This document shows, in pieces, positions 30,011 to 39,432 of a DNA stretch of 64,000 nucleotides. The stretch covers positions 18,703-82,702 of the forward strand of contig CAMTWQ010000011.1 of NCBI GenBank assembly GCA_947085465.1, read 5' to 3'. How positions within the stretch are numbered: the first letter of the stretch is position 1; each line of letters opens with the position of its first letter. Below the pieces are notes generated by a model. The model made no database searches and had not been told where the DNA came from. It saw only the letters and a list, made by a program, of their open reading frames with translations. Source of the DNA: an uncultured Alphaproteobacteria bacterium. Its GTDB lineage: Bacteria; Pseudomonadota; Alphaproteobacteria; UBA11222. Position numbers and translations under genes: made by a program.

Positions 30011-33000
30011 TTACTTGTTCAGCAGATCGCGCACCTGACGGTTCACAAACGCCAGCTTGGCGACGCTGATGCTGCCCGAACGCATTTCCTCAATCAGGCT
30101 GACAGTGCGGCGCACCGCGGCCGCGTGCGCCTCGCGCCATTGCTCAACCGCCTTGTCCGCAGGCAGCCCCCATGCGCTAAGCGCCTGCGCCGTCAAGGCG
30201 CGCTGCTGGCCATTGAAATCATCAAGCATCGCGTTCATCGCCAGCCGTTCCCAATGCCCCTCTGGCTTGCTTTTTTCGGCTGCCGCGCGTAGCCAATCAA
30301 GCTCCAGCGCTGCGCCAATCCGGAAAAACACATGCGCGGTCTCGCCGGTGTTATAACCAGTGTTGCGCGCCACCAGCACCATATCGGTTGCTGCCGAAAG
30401 CGGCTCCAGCACGGCTGCCGCGCCCGCAATCTCTTCCGGCACGCCATCATTCAGCAATACCTGTAAACGGGTGGCGTGCGCTGCAAGCTCGAACGGCGAC
30501 AGATGTGCAGGTATCTCGCTTCGCAGTTGCGCTATGCCGTCGCGATACGCGTCGATTGTAGCAGAAATATCCAGCGGCTGCGGCACATTGCGCAGGAACC
30601 AGATGGTGGCGCGCCGGATTAGCTCGCGCCCATCAAGTTGAATGCGCGTCTGCACTTCGGCGCTGACGCGATTATCAAGCGCCGCCAGTGATTGCCAGAA
30701 TGCGCGCATCTCGAATGCGGCGCGGGCCACCACAAACGCCCGCACTACATCTGCGGTGCTGAATCCGGTTTCTTCGGAGATCGCGCTGATGAAGGTGATG
30801 CCGGCCCGGTTGACGATAGAATTAGCCAGCATCGTCGCCACGATTTCCCGCCGCAAACGATGCCCGAAAATGGCCCCTTCATACGTGGTGCGCAAATATT
30901 CCGGAAAATATGTCAGCAAGTCATCCTTCAAAAATTCCGAATCCGGCACATCGCCCATCAACAGTTCTTCAGCCATGCCGTTCTTGGCGTAGGCCATCAG
31001 CACAGCTATCTCGGGCCGGGCAAGGCCAAGGCCCTGAGCCGCGCGCTCGCTAACGCCCGCGTCATCGGGCAAAAACTCGACCTTGCGGTTAAGCCGGCCC
31101 ATGCGTTCCTGTTCCCGCATAAAATGGCCATGCGCATCCAGCATGTGATGGGCGCGGGCGGATTCAAGCGTGATCGCCATGGTCTGCTGATAATTATCCC
31201 GCAATACGAGTTCCGCAACCTCATCGGTCATCGACGCCAGTAATTCATCGCGCTGCTTTGGCGTCATGTCACCCGCCTGCACCACGCCGCCGAGTGCAAT
31301 CTTGATATTGACTTCATGATCGGAGCAATCGACGCCAGCGGAATTATCCACCGCATCCGTATTTATCGCCCCGCCCTTTTGCGAATATTCCACGCGGCCA
31401 AGCTGAGTGCAGCCAAGATTGGCGCCCTCGCCAATCACCTTTGCGCGCACATCGCGGCCATCAATGCGCACGGCGTCATTCGCCTTGTCGCCCACATCCA
31501 GATGCGTCTCGCGCGACGATTTCAGATAGGTGCCAATGCCGCCAAACCATAACAAGTCCACATCGGCCTTAAGCAGCGCATGAATAAATTCAGCTGGGGT
31601 GACGCTCGCTTGAGTCAAGCCGGTGAGGCTTTGCATTTCCGGGCTCAGGGGTATGGATTTTAGCGAGCGGCTGAAAACGCCGCCACCCTTGCTGATCAGT
31701 TTGGCGTCATAATCCGCCCATGAGGAACGCGGCAGCGCGAACAGGCGCTCACGCTCTAAAAAGCTTGCCGTAGGATCAGGTTCGGGATCGATAAAAATAT
31801 CCCGGTGATCAAAAGCCGCCGCCAATTTGATCTGGCGCGACAGCAGCATGGCGTTGCCAAACACATCACCCGACATATCGCCGCAACCAACCACGCTGAA
31901 CGGCGTCGATTGAATGTCCACATCACGTTCGCGGAAGTGCCGTTTCACCGCCTCCCACGCGCCGCGCGCGGTAATCGCCATTTTTTTGTGGTCATAGCCA
32001 ACCGATCCCCCGGAGGCGAACGCATCATCCAGCCAAAATCCATAGCTGCGGGCGACATCATTGGCGATGTCAGAAAACGTCGCGGTGCCCTTATCGGCGG
32101 CGACCACGAGATAGGGATCATCGCCGTCATGGCGCACCACACGCGGCGGTGGCGATACGGTTGCGCCAGCCAGATTGTCGGTTATATCAAGCAGGCCTGA
32201 AATAAACAGGCGGTAGCAAGCGACGCCTTCTTCTTGAATCGCTTCGCGCGCGCCGCCTGCGGGCATGCGCTTGGGCACAAAGCCGCCCTTCGAGCCGACC
32301 GGAACAATAATGGCGTTTTTAACTTGCTGGGCCTTCACCAGGCCAAGTATCTCGGTGCGGAAATCCTCGCGCCGGTCCGACCAGCGAAGGCCGCCGCGGG
32401 CTACTTTCCCAAACCGTAAATGCACGCCTTCGAAGCGCGTTGAGTAAACGAAAATTTCCGCCATCGGGCGCGGCAATGGTAATTCATCCAGCATGCGGCT
32501 GTCCAACTTGATGGAAATATAGCTTTTGGCCGCGCCGCTTGCGTCCGTCTGATAGAAATTGGTGCGCAAAGAGCACTCGATCAGATTTAGATAGCGGCGC
32601 AATATCCGGTCTTCATCAAGGCTCGCCACCGCGTCCAAAGCCGCATTGATTGATTCTCGCAACGCCTGTTGCGCCTGCAGCCGGTCTCCTGAAAAATCAG
32701 GATCAAACCGCACTTGAAACAAGCTGCTCAATTGACGGGCAATCGGCGTATTGGCGCATAGCGCATGCTCAATATAATTGTTGCTATAGGGGATGCCCGC
32801 CTGGCGCAGATATTTCGCATAGGCGCGCAGCACCGCCACCTCGCGCCAGCCGAGACCGGCGCCGATCACCAAACGGTTGAAGCCATCGCTTTCCGCAGCG
32901 CCCCGCCACAATGCGGTGAATAGCTCCTCCAGATTTTCACGGCATCCAGAAAGATCAACAGCCTTGCCATCCGCCTCATTCATGCTGAAGTCATGCAGCC

Positions 33001-34840
33001 AAATAGCGGGTTTTCCATTGGCGGTGATTTCATATGGATGCTCGCCAATCACCCTAAACCCCATGTGCTCCAGCATCGGCAGGCAATCACTCAGCGGCAC
33101 CGCCTCGCCGGCACGGAATAATTTGAACCGCACGGATGCGTCTGCATCTTCAATGCTCCGGTAAAAACTGGCATGGATGGCGCCCGGCTCAACCAGGCCT
33201 TTCATCCGGTCAATATCATGAATCGCCAATTCCGGTTGAAAGTGCGCGACATAATCAGGGGGAAATCCCACGCCATATTCATTCCACAACTTCAAGCCGC
33301 GTTCGCTGCCGGCGTGCGCAAGCAACGCCGCGCGCAAATCGTCGCCCCATGTGCGCGCCGCATGATCGATGCGCTGTTCAATCTGTTCAATATCGGTTGC
33401 CGGAATGGCGCCGGGATTGGTTTTAATAATAAAATGCAGGCGCGCCAGCGGCCCGTCGCCCAGTTCTGGCTTAACCGAAGAAACCGGGCCGCCGTAGCTT
33501 TCCGAAAGAACTTCGCCAATTGCGCATTGCAGCTCCGCCGTAAAGCGCTCGCGTTGAATGAAAACCAGGCATGAAACATAACGCTCAAACGAGTCATGGC
33601 GCACGATAAGCCGGGTGCGCGGGCGTTCTTGCAGCCGCAACATCGTCAGCGCGTTATGAAACAATAAATCGCGCGGCGTTTGAAATAGCTCGTCGCGGGG
33701 ATAGGTATCCAGGATATTTTGCAGCGCCTTGCCGTCATGACTATTATGCGCGAAACCTGCCTTGGCTAGGGTAATGGCGGTCTTTCTGCGCAGCAATGGT
33801 ATTTCGCCAGGCGCCCGGCTGTAGGCACCCGAGGTAAATAGCCCTATGAATCGCCGTTCCCCGGTTACTACACCATCTTCCCGGTACCGTTTGACGCCCA
33901 CATAATCCATGAAAGTGTCACGATGCACCTTGCTCCGCACATCTGTTTTAGTGATGAGTAGCGGCCCGGGACGCCGCAGGGATTCCAGAATTTCCGGCGA
34001 AAATGAGACAAGTCCATTACTTCGTGTACGGAATAATTTCATGTCAACGTCGCGAAGCAGGCCCAGCCCGCTGCCCTCAACCGCCATGATGTCCGTGGCG
34101 TCCCCATTTGCCGGGAAATCATACTCCGCACATCCCAGCAGGGTGAAATGATTGCCGCGCATCCATTGCAAAAATTCAGCGGATTCTTTTGCCTCATCGA
34201 TGGCGCCATCGAGCGGTTTTGCCTTGCCGACATCCGCAATGGCCGCATCCAGCCGGGATAGCATCTCGCGCCAATCGGTAACAGAGATGCGAACCTCGGC
34301 CAGCGCCTCTGCTATGCAGTCGCGAATATGTAGCAGGCGAGCGGGATCACGCTGCTCATCCACTGCCATGTGAATAAATGATTCCGCCACTGCCTGCGCA
34401 CTGTCATCTGCAGCCAGGCCATTCCAGCACCCGATCGGGCTGCGCTGTACGCGAAGCACCGGATGCGCCACCAAATGAACGCCCAACCCCAGGCGGCTAA
34501 TGGCTGCACTGACGGAATCGAGCAAAAACGGCATGTCATCATTGACGATTTCAATAATCGTATGCACTGACTGCCAGCCATGCGCTTCCATGCTTGGTGT
34601 ATAGACGCGGATCAAGGCCTCTCCGGAACGGCGGTTGGCGGCAAGCCGGTAATGCGTTAGCGCGGCGCCATAAATATTTTGCGCGGTCAAACCCGCCAGG
34701 TCTTCTGCCGCCACGTTTTTGAAATATTGCTGAATAAAACTGTCGATATCTGCTTGTATTGCTGAAGAAGCGCTTTTTCCTTTTAGCGCCAAAGCCGCTT
34801 CGAGCAGCTCCGTTTTTCTTTGACCGGCCGGCTTGTTCAT
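30011..34840 (-). CDS. gdhB: Large NAD-specific glutamate dehydrogenase (about 180-kDa class)
   Basis: 1609 aa. It has the Bac_GDH architecture with the catalytic core ...GLRWSDRREDFRTEILGLVKAQQVKNAIIVPVGSKGGF... Confidence 0.95.
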   Translation of the reverse strand: MNKPAGQRKTELLEAALALKGKSASSAIQADIDSFIQQYFKNVAAEDLAGLTAQNIYGAALTHYRLAANRRSGEALIRVYTPSMEAHGWQSVHTIIEIVNDDMPFLLDSVSAAISRLGLGVHLVAHPVLRVQRSPIGCWNGLAADDSAQAVAESFIHMAVDEQRDPARLLHIRDCIAEALAEVRISVTDWREMLSRLDAAIADVGKAKPLDGAIDEAKESAEFLQWMRGNHFTLLGCAEYDFPANGDATDIMAVEGSGLGLLRDVDMKLFRTRSNGLVSFSPEILESLRRPGPLLITKTDVRSKVHRDTFMDYVGVKRYREDGVVTGERRFIGLFTSGAYSRAPGEIPLLRRKTAITLAKAGFAHNSHDGKALQNILDTYPRDELFQTPRDLLFHNALTMLRLQERPRTRLIVRHDSFERYVSCLVFIQRERFTAELQCAIGEVLSESYGGPVSSVKPELGDGPLARLHFIIKTNPGAIPATDIEQIEQRIDHAARTWGDDLRAALLAHAGSERGLKLWNEYGVGFPPDYVAHFQPELAIHDIDRMKGLVEPGAIHASFYRSIEDADASVRFKLFRAGEAVPLSDCLPMLEHMGFRVIGEHPYEITANGKPAIWLHDFSMNEADGKAVDLSGCRENLEELFTALWRGAAESDGFNRLVIGAGLGWREVAVLRAYAKYLRQAGIPYSNNYIEHALCANTPIARQLSSLFQVRFDPDFSGDRLQAQQALRESINAALDAVASLDEDRILRRYLNLIECSLRTNFYQTDASGAAKSYISIKLDSRMLDELPLPRPMAEIFVYSTRFEGVHLRFGKVARGGLRWSDRREDFRTEILGLVKAQQVKNAIIVPVGSKGGFVPKRMPAGGAREAIQEEGVACYRLFISGLLDITDNLAGATVSPPPRVVRHDGDDPYLVVAADKGTATFSDIANDVARSYGFWLDDAFASGGSVGYDHKKMAITARGAWEAVKRHFRERDVDIQSTPFSVVGCGDMSGDVFGNAMLLSRQIKLAAAFDHRDIFIDPEPDPTASFLERERLFALPRSSWADYDAKLISKGGGVFSRSLKSIPLSPEMQSLTGLTQASVTPAEFIHALLKADVDLLWFGGIGTYLKSSRETHLDVGDKANDAVRIDGRDVRAKVIGEGANLGCTQLGRVEYSQKGGAINTDAVDNSAGVDCSDHEVNIKIALGGVVQAGDMTPKQRDELLASMTDEVAELVLRDNYQQTMAITLESARAHHMLDAHGHFMREQERMGRLNRKVEFLPDDAGVSERAAQGLGLARPEIAVLMAYAKNGMAEELLMGDVPDSEFLKDDLLTYFPEYLRTTYEGAIFGHRLRREIVATMLANSIVNRAGITFISAISEETGFSTADVVRAFVVARAAFEMRAFWQSLAALDNRVSAEVQTRIQLDGRELIRRATIWFLRNVPQPLDISATIDAYRDGIAQLRSEIPAHLSPFELAAHATRLQVLLNDGVPEEIAGAAAVLEPLSAATDMVLVARNTGYNTGETAHVFFRIGAALELDWLRAAAEKSKPEGHWERLAMNAMLDDFNGQQRALTAQALSAWGLPADKAVEQWREAHAAAVRRTVSLIEEMRSGSISVAKLAFVNRQVRDLLNK

Positions 34841-34859
34841 GTGCTTATTCCGCGCTCTT

Positions 34860-34972
34860 TAGACCATTTCCTGATCGGATTGAACCAATCCGATCAGGAA
34901 ATGGTCTAACACATTAAATTAGAGCCTTTCTTATCCGGTCAGGTTGCTTCAACCTAACCGGGAAAGGCTCTA
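34860..34972. repeat. Composite hairpin repeat, modules C + D joined by an ACACATTAAAT linker
   Basis: Module C reads tagaccatttcctgatcggattgaaccaatccgatcaggaaatggtcta. Module D reads tagagcctttcttatccggtcaggttgcttcaacctaaccgggaaaggctcta. The element begins 19 nt upstream of the gdhB start codon. Confidence 0.9.
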
Positions 34973-35135
34973 GGTTGATCCCATAGGAGTGATAAAGTCT
35001 ACTCCCCAATGGCTTTCGGAAATCTTACGAATTTTGCTGGACGGCATGGATTTAGTCCATTGCCTTTTCCACAGTCGCGGATGATTATCTGGGGCTCGAT
35101 AGCATATTTCACAACCGTTTTATGAGGGGGCGGGC

Positions 35136-36485
35136 ATGAACGTCGCAGCAAACGATCTCGAAGTATTTATGACCGGCTTAAAGCGGCGCAACCCGGGTGA
35201 AACCGAGTTTCATCAAGCCGTTCAAGAGGTTGCGGCCAGCATCATTCCCTTCATTCAGGACAAGGAAAAGTATATCAAGATGCGTGTGCTGGAACGCCTG
35301 GCCGAGCCCGACCGGGTGGTGATCTTCCGGGTCTGCTGGGAGGATGACCAACAAAATATACGGGTCAATCGCGGCTACCGGGTGCAGAATTGCAACGCTA
35401 TTGGCCCCTATAAGGGCGGCATCCGTTTTCACCCCAGCGTGACGCTGAGTGTATTGAAGTTTCTGGCCTTTGAGCAAACCTTTAAGAACAGCCTGACCGG
35501 CCTGCCCATGGGCGGCGGCAAGGGTGGCTCGGACTTTAACCCCAAGGGCAAGTCGGACAATGAGGTCATGCGCTTTTGCCAGTCCTTCATGACCGAATTG
35601 CACCGTCATATCGGCGCTGACGTCGATGTGCCGGCCGGTGATATCGGTGTCGGGGGGCGCGAGATCGGCTTCATGTTCGGCCAGTACAAGCGGCTGGAAA
35701 ACATATTTACCGGCGTGCTGACCGGCAAGGGCCTGGAGTATGGCGGCAGCCTGATCCGCACCGAAGCCACGGGCTATGGCGTGGTGTATATGATGGAAGA
35801 CATGCTGGCGCGTAAAAAAGATGGCTATGTGGGAAAAAAATGTCTGGTTTCCGGCTCCGGCAATGTGGCGCAATATGCGGCCGAAAAACTTCTGCAGCTT
35901 GGCGCGACAGTGCTGACATTGTCCGATTCCGATGGCTTTATCTATGACAAGAATGGCATCACCGCCGAAAAACTTGCCCAGGTGATGGAGATTAAGAACG
36001 TCAAGCGCGGGCGTATCGAGGAAGCCGCCAAGAAAATCGGCTGCGAATACTTTGCTGGGAAACGCCCGTGGGGAATTTCGTGCGATCTCGCGTTCCCTTG
36101 CGCCACACAAAATGAAATCAGCGGCGAGGAGGCGGCCACCCTGCTCAAAAATGGCTGCATTGGCGTTTCCGAGGGCGCCAATATGCCAACCGTGCAGGAT
36201 GGCATTGACGCCTTTCTGCATGCAAAAATTCTGTTCGCGCCGTCCAAGGCGGCGAATGCGGGCGGGGTTTCCGTGTCTGGCCTGGAAATGAGCCAGAACA
36301 GCGCGCGGCTATCCTGGAAGGAAGAAGAATTACAGGTGCTGCTGCGCGATGTGATGCACGGCATTCATGACCGTTGTGTCCAATATGGCGAAGAAAAAGG
36401 CGGCCATGTGAATTATCTCAAGGGCGCCAATATCGCAGGCTTTGTAAAAGTAGCGGACGCCATGCTGGCCTATGGCGTCGTCTAG
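35136..36485 (+). CDS. gdhA: NADP-specific glutamate dehydrogenase (hexameric 50-kDa class)
   Basis: 449 aa. The catalytic Lys motif is LPMGGGKGGSDFNPKG and the nucleotide-binding motif is SGSGNVAQYAAEK. Confidence 0.95.
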   Translation: MNVAANDLEVFMTGLKRRNPGETEFHQAVQEVAASIIPFIQDKEKYIKMRVLERLAEPDRVVIFRVCWEDDQQNIRVNRGYRVQNCNAIGPYKGGIRFHPSVTLSVLKFLAFEQTFKNSLTGLPMGGGKGGSDFNPKGKSDNEVMRFCQSFMTELHRHIGADVDVPAGDIGVGGREIGFMFGQYKRLENIFTGVLTGKGLEYGGSLIRTEATGYGVVYMMEDMLARKKDGYVGKKCLVSGSGNVAQYAAEKLLQLGATVLTLSDSDGFIYDKNGITAEKLAQVMEIKNVKRGRIEEAAKKIGCEYFAGKRPWGISCDLAFPCATQNEISGEEAATLLKNGCIGVSEGANMPTVQDGIDAFLHAKILFAPSKAANAGGVSVSGLEMSQNSARLSWKEEELQVLLRDVMHGIHDRCVQYGEEKGGHVNYLKGANIAGFVKVADAMLAYGVV

Positions 36486-37914
36486 ACACTACACAATTCC
36501 GCGAATAGAACTGATTTGGATCATCGTGGCCGTGATGGCGCCGGTTATCGTGTTCGCGGCGAATGGCATGGTGGTTTTACTCGCCCTGTCAGTGCTTGCC
36601 GCGCCAGGTCTTGCGTTGTTGCCGGCGGAGATCGCGCGGTTGCTCAGAACGCCCGTTGGTGTCGCCCTGCTCGGGCTTATCGCATGGATGATCCTTAGCT
36701 TGGCATGGACGCCATACCCTGTGGATGCGGCTGAAAAGATTGCCCGGCTGGCTCTTTTGTGGCTTGCGGGTATTACCTTGTTCGCCTCCGCGCGCCACGC
36801 GGACCACACTATACTGCACCATGTCCAATGGGTATTTCCCGGCGTGGTAATAGTAGCGTTGGTGTTTTATCTGCTGGAACTCGTGGGATCGGCGGCGATC
36901 ATCCGGGCGCTGACCGGCTTGAACAGCGCCCCCCTGACGCAAATCACCGATCCGGCATTACGCGATACATATCGTATAATCCTGGGGTTTAATGAGATCG
37001 GGCGCGGCGGCGCAATATTGTCGGTATTTTTATGGCCAGCGTTGACGATGACGCTGTTGCGCAAGCATGGCGCATGGCTTGCCGCGGGATTGGCGCTCGT
37101 GACTTTTTTGGTGCTTCTGGCGTTGCCGGTGGCATCGGCGCCCTTAGCGCTTGTAACCGGCGCAGCCGCCTGGGCGCTATGCTTTGCAGCGCCACGGCGC
37201 GGCCCGCATCTGTTGGCTGGGCTGAGTATCGTGCTGATCTTTGCGGCGCCGGTTGCCGCCTATTATGTCAAGCAGCCAGAGACTATTGGAATCGCGACGC
37301 GAACGCTGCCTGGCTCCTGGCAGCACCGTGTGGCCATTTGGCATTTCGTTGCGGAACGTATTGCCGAAAAGCCCGTTAGCGGCTGGGGCTTTGATTCTTC
37401 ACGCCATGTCGAGGGTGGCGCTACGCCATTCGTTGTGCTGCGGCCCGATGACAGCAAATTATATTATTCTGGCGTTACCCTGCTGCCGCTGCATCCACAT
37501 AATGGCGTGTTGCAAATCTGGCTTGAATTGGGGCTGCCTGGCGCGCTGCTGGCCATGCTGCTGACAACCGGCCTTTGGCGGGCGATAGCGCCAAGACCCG
37601 CGCCCCGCTATACAAGCGGCATGCGGATAAACGCCGCCATGGCGGCGGCTGTTTGTGCATCCGCGCTAACGCTCGCCTGTTTAAGTTTTGGCCTGTGGCA
37701 GAACTGGTGGCAATCGTGTTTCTGGCTTGCGGCCGCGCTGGTTTGCCTGGCGGCTAGAGCAGCCTGCTATCAGGTTGAATCACGCCACAGACCCCCTCCC
37801 CAGCCCTCCCCCTTTCAGGGGGAGGGAGAGGTGCGCTCTCGTGTTCCCTCCCCTCCAGGCTACGCCGAAGCGAAGCTTCAGCTTCGCCCAGGCGAGTGTA
37901 AAGGGGAGGGTTAG
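36472..37914 (+). CDS. O-antigen ligase/polymerase-family (Wzy_C) membrane protein, with its 3' end running into repeat DNA
   Basis: It is polytopic, with a periplasmic loop containing HPHNGVLQIWLELGLPG (Wzy_C-type). The start is uncertain: ATG 36472 overlaps gdhA by 14 nt and ATG 36535 is the alternative. The last ~53 codons are encoded by the 37755-37954 repeat. Confidence 0.7.
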   Translation: MASSRHYTIPRIELIWIIVAVMAPVIVFAANGMVVLLALSVLAAPGLALLPAEIARLLRTPVGVALLGLIAWMILSLAWTPYPVDAAEKIARLALLWLAGITLFASARHADHTILHHVQWVFPGVVIVALVFYLLELVGSAAIIRALTGLNSAPLTQITDPALRDTYRIILGFNEIGRGGAILSVFLWPALTMTLLRKHGAWLAAGLALVTFLVLLALPVASAPLALVTGAAAWALCFAAPRRGPHLLAGLSIVLIFAAPVAAYYVKQPETIGIATRTLPGSWQHRVAIWHFVAERIAEKPVSGWGFDSSRHVEGGATPFVVLRPDDSKLYYSGVTLLPLHPHNGVLQIWLELGLPGALLAMLLTTGLWRAIAPRPAPRYTSGMRINAAMAAAVCASALTLACLSFGLWQNWWQSCFWLAAALVCLAARAACYQVESRHRPPPQPSPFQGEGEVRSRVPSPPGYAEAKLQLRPGECKGEG

Positions 37915-37954
37915 GGAGGGGATCAATGGGCAAACCTAAAATCATGCCACTCTA
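37755..37954. repeat. Nested repeat: a G/C-rich palindromic element inside a diverged module-A-like hairpin
   Basis: The outer arms are tagagcagcctgctatcaggtt (37755-37776) and aacctaaaatcatgccactcta (37933-37954), with about 15/22 complementary positions. The inner element spans 37793-37921, has terminal inverted repeats cccctccccagccctcccc / ggggagggttagggagggg, and contains the internal hairpins ccctcccccTTTCAgggggaggg and gcgaagctTCagcttcgc. Confidence 0.75.
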
Positions 37955-37965
37955 GGGCGGAAAAA

Positions 37966-38361
37966 TTATTTCTCGTTGAATCTCAATCCGCCGCTTAAAA
38001 CGGGATCCCGGCTCAAGCCCTTCGCCGCCAGTTTTTGCAAATACTCTGTCCACAGATCATTTTGCTTTAGGCCTATCTCATGAAAATACGCCCATGAGTA
38101 AAGCCCCGTGTCGTGGCCATCGTCAAAGTGAATGCGCAGCGCGTAATTGCCGACGGGATCAAGACGGACAATGCGGACTGCCCGCTTGGCCGGCACAATT
38201 ACTTCCTGGCCTGGGCCATGGCCTTTAACTTCCGCGCTTGGGGAATTCACGCGCAGGAATTCGGCCGCAAAACTGAACCGGTTGCCATCATCGAAACTGA
38301 TCTCAAGAACGTTATCCGCTTGTTTCAGGCGCACTTCCAGCGGCCATGGCGCAACGTTCAT
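37966..38361 (-). CDS. DUF971 (gamma-butyrobetaine hydroxylase-like N-terminal domain) protein
   Basis: 131 aa. [27 protein letters not shown] ... [18 protein letters not shown] matches the DUF971 pattern. Confidence 0.75.
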   Translation of the reverse strand: MNVAPWPLEVRLKQADNVLEISFDDGNRFSFAAEFLRVNSPSAEVKGHGPGQEVIVPAKRAVRIVRLDPVGNYALRIHFDDGHDTGLYSWAYFHEIGLKQNDLWTEYLQKLAAKGLSRDPVLSGGLRFNEK

Positions 38362-38570
38362 AACAGCTCATCATCGCGCAACTGGCGCGCCTCATCCGGC
38401 AGCATAATGGGTATGCCATCGCGCACAGGATAGGCCAGCCGCGCGGCGCGGCTTATCAATTCACCGGCTTGCGCATTATATTCAAGCACTGACTTGGTAA
38501 GGGGGCATACAAGTATTTCGAGCAGCTTTGGATCAACCCTGTGGCCTGCGTCTAATGGCTTTTCGGTCAT
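38358..38570 (-). CDS. Trm112-family small zinc-ribbon-like protein (UPF0434/YcaR)
   Basis: 70 aa with [15 protein letters not shown] ... [16 protein letters not shown]. Confidence 0.8.
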   Translation of the reverse strand: MTEKPLDAGHRVDPKLLEILVCPLTKSVLEYNAQAGELISRAARLAYPVRDGIPIMLPDEARQLRDDELL

Positions 38571-38582
38571 CTCTGTTTCCCT

Positions 38583-38720
38583 TAGTGCAGCCCGCGATTA
38601 AGTGGAGTCACTTCGTGACCCCACTTAATCGCGGAAAGCTGCTCTAACACATTAAAATCTAGAGCAATTTTCTTTATTAAGTTCGAGCCTCATGGCTCGA
38701 ACTTAATGCAGATTGCTCTA
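38583..38720. repeat. Composite hairpin repeat, modules A + B
   Basis: It is near-identical to 9436-9573 over about 138 nt and has the same ACACATTAAAATC linker. Confidence 0.9.
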
Positions 38721-38729
38721 GTGCATTCA

Positions 38730-39422
38730 CTATTGTATCTGCGTATCAGGCGGCTCACCCGGCCCCGCCGCCGCCATTTGTATCAGCGTGAGAAGAATTT
38801 TGGCGCGCGCCGTTATATCCGGCGCTTCGAGCAGAGCCTGCTTTTCAGAAGTTTCAAACGGACAACTCAATGTGAGTGAGTTAACCAGCGCCTCGGTTGC
38901 CGCTTTCTCGATCATTTTCCAATCGGCATTCAATCTTTGCTGCTCCAGATAGTGTTTAAGGTGGCGCAGCAATTCCTCGCGGTTAATGTCAGTGGTGTCG
39001 GCGGGATTCAAATCAGCCGCAAATGCGTCATAGTCGGCCACAATCTTCCGGTACATCGTCGCAGTTGATAATTCCTCGGTAATTCTAAACCGGCAAATTC
39101 CATCCAGCACGATCAGGTAGCGCCCATCGCCAACTTCCCGGAATGAAATCAGCCGCGCCAGGCAGCCCACCGCGTACAGCGCGGGTTTGTCATGGCCGCC
39201 AGCGCTCAAGGGAACCCGGCCGCCTGGCTGTTCCACATGCGGCTGGATCATGCCAATCACCCGGTCGTGGCCCAGGCAATCGTCAACCATCGCCAGATAG
39301 CGCGGCTCGAAGATATTCAGTGGCAGTTGCAAACCAGGCAACACGAGTGCGCGTTCCAGGGGGAAAACCGGTACAGTATGGGGCAAATCCCCAATACTGC
39401 GATATAAGTGATGTCGGCTCAT
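38730..39422 (-). CDS. LON substrate-binding (Lon N-terminal) domain protein
   Basis: 230 aa with VPVFPLERALVLPGLQLPLNIFEPRYLAMV. Confidence 0.8.
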   Translation of the reverse strand: MSRHHLYRSIGDLPHTVPVFPLERALVLPGLQLPLNIFEPRYLAMVDDCLGHDRVIGMIQPHVEQPGGRVPLSAGGHDKPALYAVGCLARLISFREVGDGRYLIVLDGICRFRITEELSTATMYRKIVADYDAFAADLNPADTTDINREELLRHLKHYLEQQRLNADWKMIEKAATEALVNSLTLSCPFETSEKQALLEAPDITARAKILLTLIQMAAAGPGEPPDTQIQ

Positions 39423-39432
39423 ACCGTCATCC

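Noticed and set aside
35178-36221. A 347-aa ORF antisense to gdhA.
   Set aside because: It lies entirely inside, and opposite to, a gene with unmistakable GdhA motifs. Its translation is low-complexity and rich in Ala, Gly and Leu. Long antisense ORFs are a known artefact of GC-rich gdh genes and, as I recall, have been mis-annotated as NAD-GDH in the past. There is no RBS or independent support.
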